The notes under the pieces are model-generated. The model ran no database searches and had not been told where the DNA came from. It saw only the letters and a program-made list of their open reading frames with translations. A stretch of DNA of 64,000 nucleotides from Ignisphaera sp. (GTDB lineage Archaea; Thermoproteota; Thermoprotei_A; Sulfolobales; Ignisphaeraceae), in NCBI GenBank assembly GCA_038889075.1, contig JAWAHS010000002.1:268930-332929 (forward strand), given 5' to 3'. This document shows, in pieces, positions 58,779 to 64,000 of the stretch. The position numbers were made by a program, and so were the translations under genes. Positions within the stretch are counted from its first letter, which is position 1. Each line of letters opens with the position of its first letter.

Positions 58779-60083
58779 TTATTCAGCCAGTGGATATCTG
58801 GAGAATACTACAACTGCTGGTACTAGGATTAGACTGCTAAAGATGAATGATATTCTGATACCTAGATCCGCTCCCGTTGTATAGCCTAGGTACTCTAGGA
58901 ATATTGATGAAAGAACTCCTGCTAGACCTGCCATACTCTTTGTGACGAATCCCTGTGCCCCAAAGTATATCGCCTCCCTCCTATAGCCTGTGATCTTTTC
59001 ATCGATATCCGTTATATCTGCTATAAATGCGTTGGGGAGCATTAGTAGGGGTGTTGCAAAGAATCCGAATAGCGCTCCCATTGCTACTAGGAATACCACG
59101 GGCTCTACACTAACAATACCTACTAGTGAGGTTGCTATAGTCGGTATTGCAAAGAGGGCCATACCAAGCATATACACTCTCTTCTTTCCATATCTGGATG
59201 CAAGTTTTCGATACAGTGGTAGTGTTAGGATTGAGACCGCTATTAGTGGAAGGTAGACTATGGCCACATATGATGCTTCCAAGCCTGCTGAGACTGTAAC
59301 TAGGTATGGTAGGACTATCTGCACAATCGTTGTTGAGAGTACAAGCAGCGCTGTCGGAATAAGGTATACTATAAATACTCTATTTGTATATGTGATTCTA
59401 AGTGCCCTCCATAGATCCAGTTTCTCAGCAATTTTCTCTCTAGCTATAGGCTTTTCCCTAAAGACCAGCACTATTGGAAGCATGCTTGTTGTAGCGATAA
59501 TCGTCAGTACTATGGATGTATTTAGATAGCCGAGCCTACCAAGGAGCACTGGAACTGCAACACCGCCTATAACAAGCGATAGCTGGCTGAAGAGCGTCTG
59601 GTAGGCCACCAGCTTAACACGGTCACTGGAAGAGGATGCTATTTCTGGTAGTAGAGCTAGATACGGAGCAATAGCAGCTGTATAGCCAAACCAGAATATG
59701 CCCAACAATGTACTTGCATAGACGGCATTCCATAGCGAATAGCCCTGCACCAAGGGCCTCCATACAGCCACTTGACTAAAGGTCATAGCAATAAATCCAG
59801 CAAGTATGAATGGTCTCCTCCTTCCCCACCTAGACAAAGTCCTATCACTCCAGTAGCCTATCAAAGGATCAGAGATAGCATCAATAGCACGGCCAAACAG
59901 CATGGCAGCACCCATAACAACTATAGGTGCTAGAAGAGGCAAACCACTATTTTCAGGAGGGCAGTAGTAGTATAAGAGCCATCCAACAATAAGTGAGGAT
60001 CCTATACCCATCAAATTACCATATCCATATAAAAAAGCCTTTAGATTAGATATCCCCTCTCCAGACATACCCAATAACACCAC
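58779..60083 (-). CDS. GPH/MFS_2 family glycoside:cation symporter
   Basis: DAISDPLIGYWSDRT.SRWGRRRPF, PYLALLPE, ADITD.DE..TG.RREA.YFG. Confidence 0.9.
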   Translation of the reverse strand: MVLLGMSGEGISNLKAFLYGYGNLMGIGSSLIVGWLLYYYCPPENSGLPLLAPIVVMGAAMLFGRAIDAISDPLIGYWSDRTLSRWGRRRPFILAGFIAMTFSQVAVWRPLVQGYSLWNAVYASTLLGIFWFGYTAAIAPYLALLPEIASSSSDRVKLVAYQTLFSQLSLVIGGVAVPVLLGRLGYLNTSIVLTIIATTSMLPIVLVFREKPIAREKIAEKLDLWRALRITYTNRVFIVYLIPTALLVLSTTIVQIVLPYLVTVSAGLEASYVAIVYLPLIAVSILTLPLYRKLASRYGKKRVYMLGMALFAIPTIATSLVGIVSVEPVVFLVAMGALFGFFATPLLMLPNAFIADITDIDEKITGYRREAIYFGAQGFVTKSMAGLAGVLSSIFLEYLGYTTGADLGIRISFIFSSLILVPAVVVFSRYPLAE

Positions 60084-60632
60084 AGAGCAGTAAAAATAAA
60101 TAGCTCTATATATAGGTTCATCGTTCTATCACACTAAATCTATCCAGCATCGCATCCATGGTCATGGAATACGGTTAGGCTTCCAACAGTTCTATAAAAT
60201 ACAATTTGTACTAATATATCAACCATACCGATGGGCGGAGAACAAGAAATGAGAGGATGGACATGTTTACAATTATTCGCAGATAACTACAGATAATAAT
60301 CGGATCTGAACACTATCTAGTGGTGTAATCTATTACAAGAGCAGTCAGTTGTAGAAGGGGTAAACATGCTGAACGGAGTTTTTAGAATTGCATTATTTGC
60401 TTAACTAACTCTATGGAGAATCGCAACATAATCATTAATGAATCAAGCGAAATGATGACGTGCATTAAATGAGGGATGAAGGGGTGTAGAAGACACTATT
60501 AATGCGATTTATAAGAAGCAAGGAAGCTGTGCAATACTATATAAAGAGAGCCATTCTTAAAGATCGCCAGCTCAAAAATGTAAAAGCTATATACAATAGA
60601 AAAATAGTGATTGTGCAGACCACAGTACGATA

Positions 60633-60652
60633 ATAGTCATTATAGTGACTAT
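60633..60652. promoter_or_regulatory. Candidate operator: inverted repeat ATAGTCA-N6-TGACTAT
   Basis: Perfect 7-bp arms ~30 bp upstream of TTTATAAA (~60685), before the second ABC operon. Confidence 0.4.
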
Positions 60653-60767
60653 GTTACCGTAGCTACCATGAAGATACAGCAAAATTTATAAAGTAGCATC
60701 ATCTTTTATAACTAAAGATTAAAGAATTATGGTAGAGAAATTCCTAAAACATTAGAAAGGTGGTTGG

Positions 60768-61823
60768 ATGGCCGACGTAAGTCGGCAGTCAAGGTCTAGA
60801 ATCCTAAGCTTTACGGCTGCACCACTGATACAAAACTTGATTGAAAGGTTAATCCTTATGATTTTTACCATATGGACTGGGTTATCTATAGCATTCCTTG
60901 TAACCAGACTAAGTCCTCGAAATCCTGCAGAACAAGTTCTTTCAAGGCTTCAAGGTGCAGGCATTTTTATGAGACCTGAAGAGATAGAGGCTATGAGAAG
61001 AACAATAATGGGGCTTTTCGGTCTAGATAAACCTCTATGGGAACAGTATTTTACGTTTCTACAATCGGTTTTTTCATTTAGATTCGGGCCATCGCTTTTG
61101 AACTTCCCCGTCTCTGCAAACGATATCATATCTACCTATATGCCATGGACAATATTCTTGATGTTAACAGCTACTATAATATCGTGGATTATCGGCGTTG
61201 TTACTGGAATAGTAATGGGTATATGGGAGCATAGAAGGGGTGTAAAACTACTTGAATACGTATTTATTACAGTGTTTCCTCTACCCTATGTAGTTCTAGC
61301 CATAGCATTCCTAATTATTTTCGTAGGGATACTGAGGGTATACATAGGTGTAACAATCATTCCGAAATTTGCATTTACCTTAGAGACTCTATCGGCAATG
61401 TTTTCACGAGCTTGGCTACCAGCCCTCTCCATAATAGTGTTGTCAAGCGTTAACTGGGCTATGGGATCGCTAGCTCTAGCTAGGACAGCCAAGAGAGAGC
61501 CACATGTATTCTATGCCATGGTAAGGGGAATACCGACAAATCTTCTACTTAGACGTTACGTTGGAAAGAATGTACTAATACTTCAAATAACAGCTCTAGC
61601 CCTAAGTCTAGGGAATATATTTGGTGGAGCCTTGGTTACGGAATACATCTTTAACTACCCTGGCCTGGGTACGCTATTATATCAATCCATCGTTACAAAC
61701 GATTTTAATACAATGCTAGGGATAACAACATATTCAATACTTGGTGTAACCATGGCCTCGTTTATAATCGATATGGTGTATCCAATTATAGATCCTAGAG
61801 TAAGATATGGTGGGGGTGAATAG
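60768..61823 (+). CDS. Opp/Dpp-type ABC permease (DppB-like; possibly oligosaccharide uptake)
   Basis: FGLDKPLWEQY, FGPSLLNFP, TEYIFNYPGLG, DPRVR. Confidence 0.88.
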   Translation: MADVSRQSRSRILSFTAAPLIQNLIERLILMIFTIWTGLSIAFLVTRLSPRNPAEQVLSRLQGAGIFMRPEEIEAMRRTIMGLFGLDKPLWEQYFTFLQSVFSFRFGPSLLNFPVSANDIISTYMPWTIFLMLTATIISWIIGVVTGIVMGIWEHRRGVKLLEYVFITVFPLPYVVLAIAFLIIFVGILRVYIGVTIIPKFAFTLETLSAMFSRAWLPALSIIVLSSVNWAMGSLALARTAKREPHVFYAMVRGIPTNLLLRRYVGKNVLILQITALALSLGNIFGGALVTEYIFNYPGLGTLLYQSIVTNDFNTMLGITTYSILGVTMASFIIDMVYPIIDPRVRYGGGE

Positions 61824-61824
61824 C

Positions 61825-62646
61825 ATGGCTAGGTATCTAGATCTAAAGATTTCCCTAGCAATAATTGTTGCATTGATAATATTTAGCATAGTAATACCCC
61901 AAATAACACCCTATGATCCTAGATCTTGGAATGTCGTTCCACGTGATAGACCTCCATCGCTTCGATATCCCTTTGGTACAACCAGTACTGGACAGGATGT
62001 CCTTGTATTATCAGCATGGGCATTGAGAAACTCTCTAATTTTAGGCTCAATAGCTGCTGCACTACTAGTATCAATAGCATTTACCATAGGGAGCATTGCA
62101 GGTGGCACTAGAAATACTGTTATAAGAGGTCTGCTAACATATCTTATAGACAGCTTCTGTGTAATACCGTTTCTACCGATCTTGATTATGATAGGGTCTC
62201 TCTGGCGTGAGACTCTAGGTATTATAGGCACAGCGCTTGTGATTGCCCTTCTTGGATGGGGAGGACAGGCAAGGAATGTGAGATCGGTTATCATGGGTCT
62301 AAGAGAGAGAACCTTTACCTATACAGCAATATTTTCAGGATATGGAACACTTAAACTCATATACAGATCGTACCTTCCTTACATAGTAAGATGGCTCTCA
62401 ATAGCATTTCTATTTGGTATAATATTTTGCATAGGTTTAGAGACCACACTCTCTGTATTTGGTATAACATCTCTTGAAAACCCGACAATAGGAACAATGA
62501 TTTTCTGGACAAGGGAGTATCAAGCATATTTAAGAGGATTATGGTGGTGGTACACCTTTCCACTTGTACTCTTTATAGCATTTCTAGTGGCAATGTATAT
62601 TGTGGTTCGTAGGCTAATTACAATATTCATTGAAGGCATAAGGTGA
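61825..62646 (+). CDS. Opp/Dpp-type ABC permease (DppC-like)
   Basis: PPS..PFGTT.TGQD, PTIGTMI, GLWWW; ATG 61825 preferred over 61807. Confidence 0.87.
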   Translation: MARYLDLKISLAIIVALIIFSIVIPQITPYDPRSWNVVPRDRPPSLRYPFGTTSTGQDVLVLSAWALRNSLILGSIAAALLVSIAFTIGSIAGGTRNTVIRGLLTYLIDSFCVIPFLPILIMIGSLWRETLGIIGTALVIALLGWGGQARNVRSVIMGLRERTFTYTAIFSGYGTLKLIYRSYLPYIVRWLSIAFLFGIIFCIGLETTLSVFGITSLENPTIGTMIFWTREYQAYLRGLWWWYTFPLVLFIAFLVAMYIVVRRLITIFIEGIR

Positions 62647-63632
62647 GCACAATGGACGGAGATACCGTTCTGTATGTAGATAATGTTAGGGCAGGATACT
62701 TTGTAGGGAGAAGATTTGTAGATGCCGTAAGTGGTGTAAATCTGAAGCTATTCTATGGTGAAGTATTTGGATTGGCAGGGGAATCTGGCTGTGGAAAGTC
62801 AACATTACTTAGGATCATATATGGCTATATCGAACCTCCACTAAGAAGAATAGGAGGTTCCATAATCCTAAGATCAAAGACTGAGGAATTCAACCTACAT
62901 GAATTCAATATGGATGAGCTTAAGAAGAGGATATGGTGGAGGTATATAACATGGATTCCCCAAGGGGCTATGAATGTTCTTAATCCAACTATAAGAATAC
63001 GTGACCACTTTATTGAGATGTTCAGACTGTATTCTAATATCGATAAGGGAGAGGCATACAAACTTACAGTTGAGTATTTAGAAACCTTAGGGCTATCTAG
63101 AGAGGTTGTAGATGCTTATCCTACACAGCTTAGTGGTGGTATGAGGCAGAGGGTGGTTATAGCGTTAGCTTTGTTATTCAATCCTCTCCTAGTTCTTGCA
63201 GATGAGCCTACCTCCGCTCTTGATGTCGTTACCCAAAAAGTGTTATTGGAGCAGCTATTGAAACTTCAAAAGGAACGCAACTTTACACTTGTTCTAGTAT
63301 CACACGATATGGATGTTCATGGAGTTCTCACTGATAGAATTGGTATAATGTATGCAGGTAAAATTGTTGAGGTAGGTTCAACAGATAAGGTATTTCAGGA
63401 GCCGCTACACCCATATACAAAGGCATTAATAGAGGCTTTACCAAGATTAGGTGACAAAATTGCGAGAAAGGGATTATCTGGTGCTCCACCAGATTTATCT
63501 AATCCTCCACCCGGCTGTAGATTCCATCCACGATGCCCCTATGCAATGGATATGTGTAGGAGGGAGGAACCTCCGATGATGGAAATTGAAAGAAGTAGAG
63601 TTGTTTCATGTTGGCTGTATATAAAGAGGTGA
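62643..63632 (+). CDS. Opp/Dpp ABC ATP-binding protein (DppD-like)
   Basis: GESGCGKS, LSGGMRQR, DEPTS, GCRFHPRC. Confidence 0.92.
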   Translation: MSTMDGDTVLYVDNVRAGYFVGRRFVDAVSGVNLKLFYGEVFGLAGESGCGKSTLLRIIYGYIEPPLRRIGGSIILRSKTEEFNLHEFNMDELKKRIWWRYITWIPQGAMNVLNPTIRIRDHFIEMFRLYSNIDKGEAYKLTVEYLETLGLSREVVDAYPTQLSGGMRQRVVIALALLFNPLLVLADEPTSALDVVTQKVLLEQLLKLQKERNFTLVLVSHDMDVHGVLTDRIGIMYAGKIVEVGSTDKVFQEPLHPYTKALIEALPRLGDKIARKGLSGAPPDLSNPPPGCRFHPRCPYAMDMCRREEPPMMEIERSRVVSCWLYIKR

Positions 63633-63638
63633 AGTCCA

Positions 63639-64000
63639 TTGGATGCCCCTCTCATAGAATTGATTGATGTAAGTAAGTATTTTGGCTATGGTATAATAGG
63701 TTTAACAAGATTTCCGGCCGTGGATGGAGTCAGTCTAACAATAAGTAGTGAAAAACCTGAAGTACTGACATTGGTAGGGGAGTCCGGTTGTGGAAAGTCT
63801 ACACTTGCTAAAATAATATTGAGAATCCTTCGACCAACCAGTGGAATTGCTAAGTATATGGGAAAGAATATGTGGAAGTTAAGTAGATCTGAGGTAAAGA
63901 GGTTTATAAGAGATGTTCAGCCGATATTCCAGGATCCTATGGATACCTTTAACCTATTTGAATCAGTTGAAGGGTATCTTATAAATGCAGCAAAATCTCT
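63639..64000 (+). CDS. Opp/Dpp ABC ATP-binding protein (DppF-like), 3'-truncated
   Basis: TTG start after GAGGTGA SD; PAVDGVSL, LVGESGCGKSTLA, QPIFQDP; runs off the window. Confidence 0.88.
   Translation, partial: MDAPLIELIDVSKYFGYGIIGLTRFPAVDGVSLTISSEKPEVLTLVGESGCGKSTLAKIILRILRPTSGIAKYMGKNMWKLSRSEVKRFIRDVQPIFQDPMDTFNLFESVEGYLINAAKS

Noticed and set aside
60452-60500. ATGATGA...ATGA...ATGAAGG...CTAT as a fourth C/D sRNA
   Set aside because: The D box is non-canonical and the first guide is short; at best a decayed copy
1-64000. CRISPR arrays, tRNA/rRNA genes, integrases, intact transposases, known defence systems
   Set aside because: No regularly spaced repeats, tRNA T-loop/cloverleaf patterns or matching protein motifs were seen by eye

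Overview
AT-rich archaeal chromosome segment. TATA-box promoters, GGTG(A)-type Shine-Dalgarno sites, heavy ATA/AGA codon use, box C/D sRNAs, CTP-dependent RibK, AlaX, translin and IPCT/DIPPS point to a (hyper)thermophilic Thermoproteota genome, most like Desulfurococcales/Ignisphaera (inference). It holds about 60 mostly housekeeping, transport and metabolic genes. These include two Opp/Dpp-type ABC operons truncated at the window edges, PiT/DUF47, a hydantoinase-DUF917-NCS1 cluster, TldD/TldE, NnrDE, an ECF transporter, a KaiC-like ATPase, a bactofilin-like protein and a 9-gene Mrp-type antiporter operon. I saw no tRNA, rRNA or CRISPR array. Most notable: (1) two ~280-300 bp GC-rich structured intergenic elements (5053-5332 +, 38796-39093 -) that look like protein-less remnants of TnpB-bearing IS elements retaining the omegaRNA/right-end module, one behind its own TATA box; (2) scattered C1/methyl-transfer genes unusual for a crenarchaeote (stand-alone Fae; corrinoid protein + UroD-fold methyltransferase-like protein + SIS + MFS; DUF3786 + glycoside transporter), suggesting a demethylation pathway for methylated sugars; (3) three unannotated box C/D sRNAs; (4) a HAD gene that appears to start at ATA; (5) an IPCT/DIPPS with a long extra membrane domain. 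All family calls are from motif recognition, with no database searches.
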